64,000 nt of DNA from Pseudomonadota bacterium (GTDB lineage: Bacteria; Pseudomonadota; Alphaproteobacteria; Rhizobiales; Hyphomicrobiaceae): contig JAFECE010000010.1 in the NCBI GenBank assembly GCA_018242295.1, forward strand, positions 3,724 to 67,723, given 5' to 3'. The translations under genes and the position numbers were made by a program. Positions 55,626-64,000 of this stretch are shown piece by piece (within the stretch, counting starts at the first letter, position 1; each line of letters opens with the position of its first letter). The notes beneath the pieces were generated by a model. That model saw only the letters and a program-made list of their open reading frames with translations. It did not search any database and had not been told where the DNA came from.

Positions 55626-56369
55626 ATGAGTCATCATATCGTGTCTATCTCCCGCAGCGCGGTTGGCCGGACTTTTTTCTTCGTGCTCCTTATATTTTGC
55701 GCGGCTGTCACGCCGTGGGCCCAAGCAGCGGATCTTGAGCTCACCTATCTCGTCCATGAGCCGGCGAAAACATCCGAGCATTCGCCGTTGATCGTCCTGC
55801 TTCATGGCAGCGGCGCCGATGAAAACGATATGATTGGTCTCTGGCCGCAACTGCCTGAAGGCTTCGTCGTCGTATCGCCGCGCGCACCATTCGGAGACGC
55901 GGCAAGCGGCTATCGATGGTATCGCAAGGGGAGGTCGACGAGCGCGGATATCAGGCTCAGCATTGCCGCCATCGGCAGGCTCGTTGAAACGGCGATCAAG
56001 CGGTTTGATGCAGATCCGCAAAGAGTTTTTCTGGCCGGTTTCAGCCAGGGGGCGGTGCTCGTCTACCATGCCATTCTGCAAGATCCCGGGAGGTTTCGCG
56101 GCGCTGCGGTGCTCAGCGGCTCGCTTTATGGTCTCGATGCGCACGAACTTTCCCCGCGAAAGGACTGGCAGAGCGCATCGCTTTTCATCGGGCATGGAAC
56201 GGCCGACGCGCGCGTTCCATTTGCGACTGGAAAGGCTGCCCATTTGCAACTCGATCGTCTCGGCGTACCGAACGAATTTCATGCCTATCCCGGCATGCAG
56301 CATGAAACTCAGAATCGCGAAATTGTGGATCTCGCTCGGTGGCTGACATCGCGCGCCGCCGAGCCGTAG
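55626..56369 (+). CDS. secreted phospholipase/carboxylesterase-family alpha/beta hydrolase
   Basis: The ATG at 55626 gives the signal peptide MSHHIVSISRSAVGRTFFFVLLIFCAAVTPWAQA. Motifs: LIVLLHGSGADENDM, nucleophile GFSQGA, late GHGTADARVP and H in MQHE. Confidence 0.75.
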   Translation: MSHHIVSISRSAVGRTFFFVLLIFCAAVTPWAQAADLELTYLVHEPAKTSEHSPLIVLLHGSGADENDMIGLWPQLPEGFVVVSPRAPFGDAASGYRWYRKGRSTSADIRLSIAAIGRLVETAIKRFDADPQRVFLAGFSQGAVLVYHAILQDPGRFRGAAVLSGSLYGLDAHELSPRKDWQSASLFIGHGTADARVPFATGKAAHLQLDRLGVPNEFHAYPGMQHETQNREIVDLARWLTSRAAEP

Positions 56370-57239
56370 CTAACCGCCGGCGCGAACTTTATCCTGCGTC
56401 TTGGTCTCGAAATCAGAGGCGTCGTGGCGCTCGTGCAATTGCCGCGACGGTGCGCCTGAGGTGCGGTTGACCATGAGCCCCCGCCTGACGGCCGGCCGAT
56501 CGCGGAGCGTGCTCGCCCAGCGACGAACATTCTTATAGTCTTCCACTGAGAGGAACTCACCGGCTCCGTAGAGCGACCCTTGCACCAGCTGGCCGTACCA
56601 GGGCCAGATTGCGATATCGGCAATCGTGTAGGTATCGCCCGCGATGTACTCGCTTTCCGCCAGCCGGCGGTCCAGCACGTCGAGTTGGCGCTTTGTCTCC
56701 ATTGTGAAGCGATCGATTGCGTATTCGATCTTCGTTGGCGCGTAGGCGAAGAAATGTCCGAATCCGCCACCGAGGTAGGGCGCGCTGCCGACCTGCCAGA
56801 ACAGCCAGGACAAACATTCGGCACGTGAGGCGCCCTCTGCCGGGAGGAAGGCGCTACCGAACTTCTCGGCGAGATACAAAAGGATCGCACCGGATTCGAA
56901 GACGCGGATCGGCGTCGGGCCGCTCCGGTCCATCAGTGCGGGGATTTTGGAGTTGGGATTTACTTTCACGAAGCCGCTGCCGAACTGATCACCTTCGGAG
57001 ATATTGATCAGCCAGGCGTCGTATTCGGCGCCGTACTGCCCGAGCGCCAGCAGCTCTTCGAGCATGATTGTGACCTTTACGCCGTTGGGGGTGCCTTGCG
57101 AATAGAGTTGGAGCGGATGGCGACCGACCGGCAAATCCTTATCGTGCGTCGGACCCGCAATCGGGCGATTGATGCTGACGAACTGGCCACCGCCCGGCTT
57201 GTTCCAGGACCAGATCTTCGGGGGCGTGTAATCCGTCAT
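56370..57239 (-). CDS. glutathione S-transferase, YghU-like (Nu class)
   Basis: The ATG at 57239 gives MTDYTPPKIWSWNKPGGGQFVSINRPIAGPTHDKDLPVGRHPLQLYSQGTPNGVKVTIMLEEL, the characteristic YghU/YfcG-type N-terminus. Confidence 0.82.
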   Translation of the reverse strand: MTDYTPPKIWSWNKPGGGQFVSINRPIAGPTHDKDLPVGRHPLQLYSQGTPNGVKVTIMLEELLALGQYGAEYDAWLINISEGDQFGSGFVKVNPNSKIPALMDRSGPTPIRVFESGAILLYLAEKFGSAFLPAEGASRAECLSWLFWQVGSAPYLGGGFGHFFAYAPTKIEYAIDRFTMETKRQLDVLDRRLAESEYIAGDTYTIADIAIWPWYGQLVQGSLYGAGEFLSVEDYKNVRRWASTLRDRPAVRRGLMVNRTSGAPSRQLHERHDASDFETKTQDKVRAGG

Positions 57240-57299
57240 CGCGCAAGCTCCTTTAAGGCCATGCCATGTTCGCAACGCGCATACAATTCGCGATTGCCA

Positions 57300-58415
57300 T
57301 CACTTCAATGGTTCAGTTCGAAATAACGTCACTCGCAGTCCCCCGTGCGAGACAGGCCCGCCGGGCGGCAGGAACGGCAGACCGGTCGCTTTGGCAAGCG
57401 ATGCCTCGCTTGTGATGAGGCCCACTCTCCAGCCGCCGAAACGGCTCCTCAGCGTCTGTCCCAGCGAACGATATAAAGGTTGGAGGTTATCCCTGTCGCC
57501 GATCCGGTCGCCATAGGGAGGATTGACGATGACCAGGCCGGGGGGGCCGCTGGGCGCCGTCAATTCGGTAACAGCGAGTTGCTGAAACTCTGTCATCTCG
57601 GAAACACCGGCGCGCTCCGCATTGGCATGGCTCATGCGGATCGCTCCCGCGTCGAGGTCGCTGCCGAAAAACCGGAACGCGAGTTTCCTCACATTGGCTA
57701 CGGCCTTGAGACTCTTCCAAGCTGCTTCGTCGAAGGTCGCCAATTGCTCGAAGGCAAAGCGTCGCGAGCGTCCGGGCATCAACCCGGCCGCGATTTCTGC
57801 TGCTTCAATGATGAAGGTTCCGGATCCGCACATGGGATCGACGACGGGCTCGGTTCCAACGTATCCGCATTGGCGCAGGAAAAGCGAAGCTAGCGTTTCC
57901 CGCATCGGCGCCTTGTTGACGGCTTCCTTATGGCCGCGCTTATGCAGGGACTCGCCTGAGGTATCGACGGCGATGGTGCAGAGATCGTCGTCAATGCGGG
58001 CTTTGATGATGACTTCAGCGTCGGCCGAAAGCGGCGCGCCCAATTCCTCGCGGATCGCTTTTTCGATGCGTTGCGCTGCGGCGCCCGAATGATAGATGCG
58101 CGACCCTTTGCAGGACGCCTGGACGCGGAAGGCCACATCGGGGCGCAGGACGTCGCTCCAGACGAGGCGGCGGGCGCGTTTGTCGAGCTGAGCAAGATGC
58201 ATGGCGCGGAATTCGCCGATGCGGGCGAGAACGCGGCCGGCGCCACGAAGCTCGAGGTTTGCGCGCCAGACCTCGGACCAGCCGCCCCTTACCGTCACAC
58301 CGCCCGTGATGACTTTCGGTTGTTTGAAGCCGTGTGCCTCGGCCTCTTTGCAAAGCACGGGTTCGAAGCCGGGAGAGGTTGCAAGGAAGATTTCGAATTC
58401 GCCATCTGTGGTCAT
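57300..58415 (-). CDS. THUMP-domain class I SAM-dependent RNA methyltransferase (COG0116, RlmL/K-like)
   Basis: THUMP-like N-terminal half, then DPMCGSGTFIIEAA and the catalytic VNPPYGDRIG. Confidence 0.8.
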   Translation of the reverse strand: MTTDGEFEIFLATSPGFEPVLCKEAEAHGFKQPKVITGGVTVRGGWSEVWRANLELRGAGRVLARIGEFRAMHLAQLDKRARRLVWSDVLRPDVAFRVQASCKGSRIYHSGAAAQRIEKAIREELGAPLSADAEVIIKARIDDDLCTIAVDTSGESLHKRGHKEAVNKAPMRETLASLFLRQCGYVGTEPVVDPMCGSGTFIIEAAEIAAGLMPGRSRRFAFEQLATFDEAAWKSLKAVANVRKLAFRFFGSDLDAGAIRMSHANAERAGVSEMTEFQQLAVTELTAPSGPPGLVIVNPPYGDRIGDRDNLQPLYRSLGQTLRSRFGGWRVGLITSEASLAKATGLPFLPPGGPVSHGGLRVTLFRTEPLK

Positions 58416-58521
58416 CCCGTCTGCATATCGGGAAGAGGCGGGAGCAGCGACGGTTTTGTCGCCGCGGCTTTCGTCGGTCCGAGAGGGAGCCCGCGTTAAC
58501 TCATGACCGGTACGCCGAGGA

Positions 58522-59052
58522 TCAATCCCATCCCAAGAATGATTTGATATGCATCCATGCGTTCGATACGCCGTTGCTGGACGTCTTGGCCTCCTTGAGT
58601 GGCGGCGGATTGGCGGGTTCGGAGGGCGGCGCAGTGGGCTTTAAAGGCTCGCTCGGTGCTTGCTCCAGCAACGCTGCCTTGGCCTCTTCGAGACTGGCAT
58701 GGCTCGCGGGGGCGTTTTTGCAGGCCTCGTCGCTCGCGACCCGACAGTGACCGAGGCCTTTGGATTTGAGTGCCTTCAGGCAGGCTCGCTCGACGAGGAT
58801 GTGGCCGAAGGGAGCGGATTCGACCTTTTCCGAATTGTCGACGACACAGAGCTGCGCCGCATCGGAGCCCTTGCAGCGTACACAGACAGGCGAGCTGCGG
58901 CTTGCCGTGGCGGTTAACGTGAGAACGACAGCCGAGCTTGCGAGGACCCTCAGAACGAGAGTCTGACTTTCTTTGACTGCCAAAACCCGTGCTCCCATCC
59001 CGGGCCCACGATTAGGCGTGTCGGCGTTTTGTTTTGGGCAGCCGACTTCCAA
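58522..59052 (-). CDS. hypothetical protein, possibly exported, Cys- and Pro-containing
   Basis: ORF only. There is a possible internal start MGARV... at 58998 and a hydrophobic stretch (LRVLASSAVVLTLTATA). No family recognised. Confidence 0.3.
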   Translation of the reverse strand: MEVGCPKQNADTPNRGPGMGARVLAVKESQTLVLRVLASSAVVLTLTATASRSSPVCVRCKGSDAAQLCVVDNSEKVESAPFGHILVERACLKALKSKGLGHCRVASDEACKNAPASHASLEEAKAALLEQAPSEPLKPTAPPSEPANPPPLKEAKTSSNGVSNAWMHIKSFLGWD

Positions 59053-59210
59053 TCTTGTAATGTTTCCCGGTCAGCCGGGACCGGAGCGGCCGGCCTAACA
59101 TACATAACGGTGACAGTTCGGCCGCAATTCCGTCACTCCCCGCAACGAGTTCGACGCCAAATGATCGAAAACGGCTTAATCGTCAGGCCGCTCGCAAATA
59201 CGAAGATGTA

Positions 59211-59888
59211 ATGCGGATTTTACTTATTGAAGACGACACCGAGACAGCGAGGCTGATCACTGACAGCTTGACGCTGGACGGGCATCAAGTCGACGTGGCT
59301 TTCGATGGCGTGGATGGCTTGAAAAAAGCGGTGGTTGGGGCCTTTGACGTGCTGGTCATCGATCGCATGCTTCCCCACCTCGACGGTCTGAGCGTCGTGC
59401 GGAGCCTCCGGCAGGCAGATGTCACTTCCGGCATCCTTGTCCTCACGGCCGTCGGCGGGATCGAAGACCGTATCGAGGGTCTTGCAAGCGGCGCCGACGA
59501 CTACCTCGTCAAGCCGTTCGCGCTCGGAGAACTTCTCGCACGCGTGACGGCGCTTGGGCGGCGGCCACCAAGCCCGAAGCAGGATTTCCTCTTTAGGATC
59601 GACGATCTCGAGGTCAATCTCGTCAAACACGAAGTGCGGCGTGGTGGAGATGTCATACATTTGCAGCCGCGTGAATTCCGAATGCTTGAAATCCTCATCA
59701 AGAACCGCGGACGTGTCGTCACGCGGTCGATGATTCTCGATCAGATGTGGGGATTGGAGACGGATACCAAGACTTCGATCGTTCAAACGAACGTCAGCCG
59801 TTTGCGGTTGAAAATCGACCGGCCGGGGGACACGCCTCTTATTCGCACGGTGAGAGGCTTGGGTTACATCATTGACCAGCCTGCATAA
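59211..59888 (+). CDS. OmpR-family response regulator
   Basis: Receiver domain (MRILLIEDD..., VLVIDRMLPHLDG, KPF) plus a winged-helix output domain (LQPREFRMLEILIKNRGRVVTR ... IRTVRGLGYI). Confidence 0.92.
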   Translation: MRILLIEDDTETARLITDSLTLDGHQVDVAFDGVDGLKKAVVGAFDVLVIDRMLPHLDGLSVVRSLRQADVTSGILVLTAVGGIEDRIEGLASGADDYLVKPFALGELLARVTALGRRPPSPKQDFLFRIDDLEVNLVKHEVRRGGDVIHLQPREFRMLEILIKNRGRVVTRSMILDQMWGLETDTKTSIVQTNVSRLRLKIDRPGDTPLIRTVRGLGYIIDQPA

Positions 59889-61272
59889 ATTAACGCAGAG
59901 AACGGCATTTCGTCTGGCGGGCTTCGTCGCTGTCGTCATCACGCTGACGAACGTCCTCATTTTCGCGATTTTATATTTCGTTATCAGCGAACAGCTCGGC
60001 CAGCATTTGAAGGCGCACACCGATGAGGTTCGCGCGACGCTCGCCGACGTGCAGGCGGACGAGAGCGATGGATTTCGCGAGCTTTCGGCGGCCGTCGCGC
60101 GGCATGCTTTCGTTGCCCAGTCGGATGAAGATATCTACCTTTTGACGGACGCCGACGGAAAATACGTTGCCGGCAACGTCAGTTCGTTGGATCGGTTTGA
60201 AGGTTGGCGAACGATCCCGTGGAATGACTTAAAGCTCATCGGGCAATGGTCGTCATCACGAGCGAGCGATGCCGTCATCGGAACCTGGACGCCGGTAAAA
60301 GGCGGCTACCTGTTCGTCGGAGACGGCAACGGCGACATCAAGGATGCGCAAAGGCTGCTTCTCACGGGACTGTTGTGGGGTATTGCATTATCCGTTATTT
60401 GCGCGCTTGCCGGTGGGTATCTCCTCGGTCTCAAAGCGCAGCGGCGCGTCGAGGAGATGGAACACGTGCTCGACGCCGTTGCCTCGGGCGATTTCCATCG
60501 GCGTATCCCGAGGAATGCCGCCGCCGATGACATCGATCATGTTGCGGCGCTTATCAACGTCACGCTCGATCGATTGCAGAGGCTGATCGGCAACCTGAAG
60601 CAGGTCTCGGTCGATATCGCGCACGATCTCCGGACGCCTATAAGCCGGATGCGGCAGAAGCTTGAAACCGTGAGGTCGGACACATCGAATATCGACACCT
60701 ACAAAGCGGCGGTTGATCAATCGATCTGTGAAATCGACAATATCGCCGATACCTTCGATGCGCTGTTGCGGATTTCCGAGATCGAGGCGGGAGCGCAAAA
60801 GGCAAAGTTCGTGGATGTCGAGTTGAATGGCCTGTTGGCGAACATCATCGATGCGCTGGAGGCGGTAGCGGAGGAGCATCAGCATCGGTTGCGCGCGCCA
60901 CGCGGGGCCGGTGATCCTGTGACCGTTCGAGGTGACCGCCGGCTCCTCAATCAGCTCTTTGTCAATCTCATTGAGAACTCAATTGTTCATTGCCCGCGTG
61001 GTTCCGAAATCGAGGTCGAAGTGATCAACGACGCGCAACACCCCGTCGTCCGCGTTCATGATACGGGACCAGGCATTCCGGCGGAGGAGCGAGAAAAGGT
61101 ATTCAGGCGGCTCTACCGTCTGGAAAAGAGCCGGACGACGCGTGGCAGCGGACTTGGCCTCAGTCTCGTTGCCGCGATCGCCGAACTCCACAGTGCGAAA
61201 ATCACGCTGGCGGACAACAAGCCCGGGCTGGTCGTCGAGGTCACGTTCGATCAGGCGCGGCGCGCCGGTTAA
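59872..61272 (+). CDS. sensor histidine kinase (2 TM, HAMP, HisKA, HATPase_c)
   Basis: H-box VSVDIAHDLRTPISRM, N-box LFVNLIENSIVHC, G-boxes HDTGPGIP and GSGLGLSLV. The start is a TTG overlapping the regulator stop, so it is uncertain by a few codons. Confidence 0.85.
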   Translation: MTSLHKLTQRTAFRLAGFVAVVITLTNVLIFAILYFVISEQLGQHLKAHTDEVRATLADVQADESDGFRELSAAVARHAFVAQSDEDIYLLTDADGKYVAGNVSSLDRFEGWRTIPWNDLKLIGQWSSSRASDAVIGTWTPVKGGYLFVGDGNGDIKDAQRLLLTGLLWGIALSVICALAGGYLLGLKAQRRVEEMEHVLDAVASGDFHRRIPRNAAADDIDHVAALINVTLDRLQRLIGNLKQVSVDIAHDLRTPISRMRQKLETVRSDTSNIDTYKAAVDQSICEIDNIADTFDALLRISEIEAGAQKAKFVDVELNGLLANIIDALEAVAEEHQHRLRAPRGAGDPVTVRGDRRLLNQLFVNLIENSIVHCPRGSEIEVEVINDAQHPVVRVHDTGPGIPAEEREKVFRRLYRLEKSRTTRGSGLGLSLVAAIAELHSAKITLADNKPGLVVEVTFDQARRAG

Positions 61273-61292
61273 GCGGCGAGGGCTGCCGCTTA
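61270..61292. terminator. 8-bp hairpin containing both convergent stop codons
   Basis: TAAGCGGC (61270-61277), loop GAGGGCT, GCCGCTTA (61285-61292). There is no U-tract, so terminator function is uncertain. Confidence 0.4.
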
Positions 61293-62042
61293 GACCGGTT
61301 CGCTATTTCCTGAGATTGCCGAGAACAGCATTTGGATGACGGCGACTGTGAGCGCCATAAAGACCCCGGCGAAAATGACATCGGAGAGAAAGTGCCCACC
61401 TTCCGCCATGCGCACGAAGCCGCATAAGCTTCCGAGGATGAGCCCGGTTACCATCCAAGCGCTCGCGGCTGCCGGAAACAGGAGTGCAGCGGCGAAACAC
61501 ACCACGAAGATCGAAGACGCTTCACCGGAAAAGAACGAACAATTTCGTGGGCATTCCTGCGATTTCACCAGCGGTGGCGTGTAGGCCTTCGAACCTCCGA
61601 ATTCGACCACTGTTGAAGGCCGCGCCCGGCCCCAATGGTCCTTGAAGCCGAGGTTAGCGATCGCCAACGGACCGACCACGACGCAGACGGCGAGAAACAG
61701 CCATTTATTCGAAGATAGCGTGAGCCATGGGCGTCCTGTCGAGAGGGTAATGACGCAGCCTGCCAGCCCAACGGCACAAGCACCGTAAAAAAGGATATTG
61801 AAAAGCAGTCTCGCGGTCCCGAAAAACGGTGATTCACGGCCGCTGAAGTGGCGTTCGGAGTCGACGAGCCGCTCCGATACGGCGAGATCGAGATTCGGAT
61901 AAATGGAGAAGACAATCGCGCTGACAATGCCAACGAGCAAAGCGCCGAAGATAAGCACTTTCGCGGTTCTGCGTTGCGGATCGCCAGCGGCAATCGCCGC
62001 GGAAGACGCGGTCATTTCACGTAAAGCCAAGAGTTGCCCCAA
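61290..62042 (-). CDS. PAP2-family phosphatase (lipid phosphate / lipid A phosphatase-like)
   Basis: Polytopic. PAP2 motifs KDHWGRARP, FFSGEASS and SRMAEGGHFLSDV-type (VRMAEGGHFLSDVIFAG). Confidence 0.75.
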   Translation of the reverse strand: MGQLLALREMTASSAAIAAGDPQRRTAKVLIFGALLVGIVSAIVFSIYPNLDLAVSERLVDSERHFSGRESPFFGTARLLFNILFYGACAVGLAGCVITLSTGRPWLTLSSNKWLFLAVCVVVGPLAIANLGFKDHWGRARPSTVVEFGGSKAYTPPLVKSQECPRNCSFFSGEASSIFVVCFAAALLFPAAASAWMVTGLILGSLCGFVRMAEGGHFLSDVIFAGVFMALTVAVIQMLFSAISGNSEPV

Positions 62043-62164
62043 TCGAAGTTTTGGCGTGGAAACTCCGTGAGCATTAGGCCCGGATCTGGGCGAATATCTG
62101 TCGATTTCATATGGTTTGCGAAATCGTCTCCATCAGCGTGTGAGCATTGCAAGGGTTCTCGCCG

Positions 62165-62947
62165 TTATTCGGAACGCGGCGAGGATTTGCGGCCGGACCA
62201 ACGCAGCGAGACGTAAAGGACTGTCAATAGCAGCGCCAAGGTCACAAGCGAAGCATACTCACGAGGCAGGCTCAAGCCTCCAGCATCGATTGGCTTCGTC
62301 AGAAAATCGCCAAAGGTTGCGCCGAACGGGCGTGTGAAGACGAAGGCGATCCAAAACAAAAGTACGTCGTTCATTCGCGTGAAGAAATGCAACGCGGCTA
62401 CGGCAACAATGATTCCGGCGGTTACCAACGCGCCTTGAATGAAGCTAAGTCCGACATTGTCTACGAGGTAATCGCCGAAAGCTGTTCCAAGGCTATTTGA
62501 GAACAGAACCGCGATCCAGAACATGATCTCGGCGCTTGGCGCGGCAATGGGATATACCCGCAAGTTGCCGACGCGAGCGTACCAAACCGCGAGGCTGAGG
62601 GCCAATCCGGTCACCAGTATGATCGAACCAGCGAAATAGCCTAGGCCTAACGAGCGGTCCATGAAGTCCGATATTTCGGTGCCGGCCGTCGTCGTCGCGA
62701 TGATCGCTGTCCAGAACAGGGCCGGCTGGTAAACCTTGCTTCCGATCTGCGCCCACAGAATGATGCTCAGTATGCCGAAGGTGATCGCGAGGCCAACGTA
62801 GTATCCGAGGCCGAGAGACATTGAGATGAAGTCGCCGGCGGTTTCGCCTAGCGTCGTTGCCAGCACCTTCATGATCCAGAAGAAGATCGTGACCTCTGCG
62901 ATCTTCGAATAGGTGGCATTATTTTCGGCTGTATAGTTTCGGTTCAT
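62165..62947 (-). CDS. polytopic membrane protein with four internal repeats (COG4705-like, function unknown)
   Basis: 260 aa. A unit FW(I/T)...G(E/T/A)xxGD(F/Y)...(S/V)LGLG/GLS is repeated four times. The COG assignment is from memory. Confidence 0.65.
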   Translation of the reverse strand: MNRNYTAENNATYSKIAEVTIFFWIMKVLATTLGETAGDFISMSLGLGYYVGLAITFGILSIILWAQIGSKVYQPALFWTAIIATTTAGTEISDFMDRSLGLGYFAGSIILVTGLALSLAVWYARVGNLRVYPIAAPSAEIMFWIAVLFSNSLGTAFGDYLVDNVGLSFIQGALVTAGIIVAVAALHFFTRMNDVLLFWIAFVFTRPFGATFGDFLTKPIDAGGLSLPREYASLVTLALLLTVLYVSLRWSGRKSSPRSE

Positions 62948-63036
62948 TCGTCATCCATCCACTGCAAGATGTTTGGCGCCCGTTGTTGGCGTAGATCAGG
63001 AGATTGGTCGGATCGGTGCGATCCAAGGCTGTCAAA

Positions 63037-63645
63037 TCAACCCAGCACTTCGCACGTTTGAACTGTCTGGGATGCCTTGCTGCGAAAATGCCTTTCGATG
63101 GCTTCGAGAGCCGCTCTCCGGTCTCGATAGACTCTTCTATTTTCGAGGTAGCCATTGGCGATCAATGTCAGCGTCGCGGTTCCGACGAGCTTGGACGAGC
63201 GAAGGTTAGCCAGAATGACTTCAAACGTTTCGGTATCGAGGGACGGACCGGCGAGCTGGCTCGTGATGTCTTTTACCAGCGTGAGGTCCGCCGATTTAAA
63301 GCGCTTGGAGCTGTGGTTCGCCATCTGCGGCAAGACTGTGATCTCGGCGATGAAGGCCTCGACGGACGCTCCGGGACGGCCACAGAACAGCTCGAGGAGG
63401 GTACGGAGTGTGTTGGCTTGCTTTGGGGCGCCGGCGTTTCTGAAACCGCGTTCCATGGCTTCTAGGCTATCCTTCAACTGCAACGGATAAACCGTAGACG
63501 GGTTCAAGCGTTTCAGTCGCGCAAGGATCGTTTCGCTCGAGCCCTGCTCGAGCCAGCCGGCAAAATGATACAATTCCTGGGACCTCTGGAATTCCGCCAG
63601 TTCAGCGAACGCGCGAAGAGTGCGCGCTAATTCCTTAGTGTGCAT
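63037..63645 (-). CDS. hypothetical protein (202 aa, helical)
   Basis: ORF with reasonable amino-acid composition. No family recognised. Confidence 0.4.
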   Translation of the reverse strand: MHTKELARTLRAFAELAEFQRSQELYHFAGWLEQGSSETILARLKRLNPSTVYPLQLKDSLEAMERGFRNAGAPKQANTLRTLLELFCGRPGASVEAFIAEITVLPQMANHSSKRFKSADLTLVKDITSQLAGPSLDTETFEVILANLRSSKLVGTATLTLIANGYLENRRVYRDRRAALEAIERHFRSKASQTVQTCEVLG

Positions 63646-64000
63646 TGCCTGATTGACCTGTCCGTTCGCCTCGAAGGTCCCGGCAAAGTTATGGCCGTTG
63701 GCGGTCGCTTTGGGGCGAAATGCTCACAGTTCTGTATGGCTATCTGTCGAGCCTGAACGAGCTGTCTCACCTTATGACGGGCATGGGTTTGGGTCGTACC
63801 CGCAGTTCGCCGGGCAATTCCGGAACTATCGTTCGAGGCGCGGCGTTCAAGGCCAAGCTGAAGAGGATGCCGGGAGGTTTCCATGGGAAGAATTGACACA
63901 GCGGATGAGGTTCGTTCCGCGTCGCACGATTTAACGGACAGAGCCGTGGATGCCGGATTGAGAGCCGTCGATTCATTGGATCGGGCGGTCGCAAGCGCTC

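Noticed and set aside
63720-63896. 58-codon plus-strand ORF (MLTVLYGYLSSLNELSHLMTG...) below the ORF-track cutoff
   Set aside because: It has no convincing SD, no family resemblance, and it overlaps other equally weak ORFs on both strands. The 63646-64000 region is left unannotated.

Overview
GC-rich chromosomal segment that looks alphaproteobacterial, probably Hyphomicrobiales/Rhizobiales-like. The taxon is inferred from an Irr-type ICE box in front of an mbfA-like gene, the lptB-rpoN-hpf-ptsN cluster and the overall gene content. Almost all of it is housekeeping core genome. Recognisable genes are ligA (3' end), aminopeptidase P, prmA, uvrD, a giant AsmA-family protein, lepA, a SulP permease, mbfA, a lytic transglycosylase, ndh, pheST, rplT-rpmI, infC, two glycosyltransferases, queG, uppP, ptsN-hpf-rpoN-lptB, rnd, a TetR/EmrAB-like efflux locus, an MFS transporter, an aldo-keto reductase, GSTs, a THUMP methyltransferase and an OmpR/HK two-component pair with a PAP2 phosphatase. 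I found no rRNA, tRNA, CRISPR array, transposase or integrase. The most unusual items are as follows. (1) One 648-aa ORF sits where lptC and lptA normally lie and reads as a TM-anchored LptC-like domain followed by two tandem LptA/OstA-like domains, i.e. a covalently fused periplasmic LPS bridge. (2) A ~2.6 kb patch of six small genes lies between infC and rpmI-rplT. It includes a Sec-signal, Trp/Arg-rich, 4-Cys cationic peptide, an RHH-like mini-protein, small membrane proteins, an orphan GtrA and a stand-alone cNMP-binding domain. (3) An identical 21-nt hairpin core occurs at two distant convergent gene junctions. (4) A second, transporter-less EmrA paralogue lies next to the TetR gene. (5) A membrane protein built from four copies of a FW...GD[FY]...GLG unit sits beside the two-component/PAP2 genes. 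All functional calls rest on motif recognition by eye; no database search was run.
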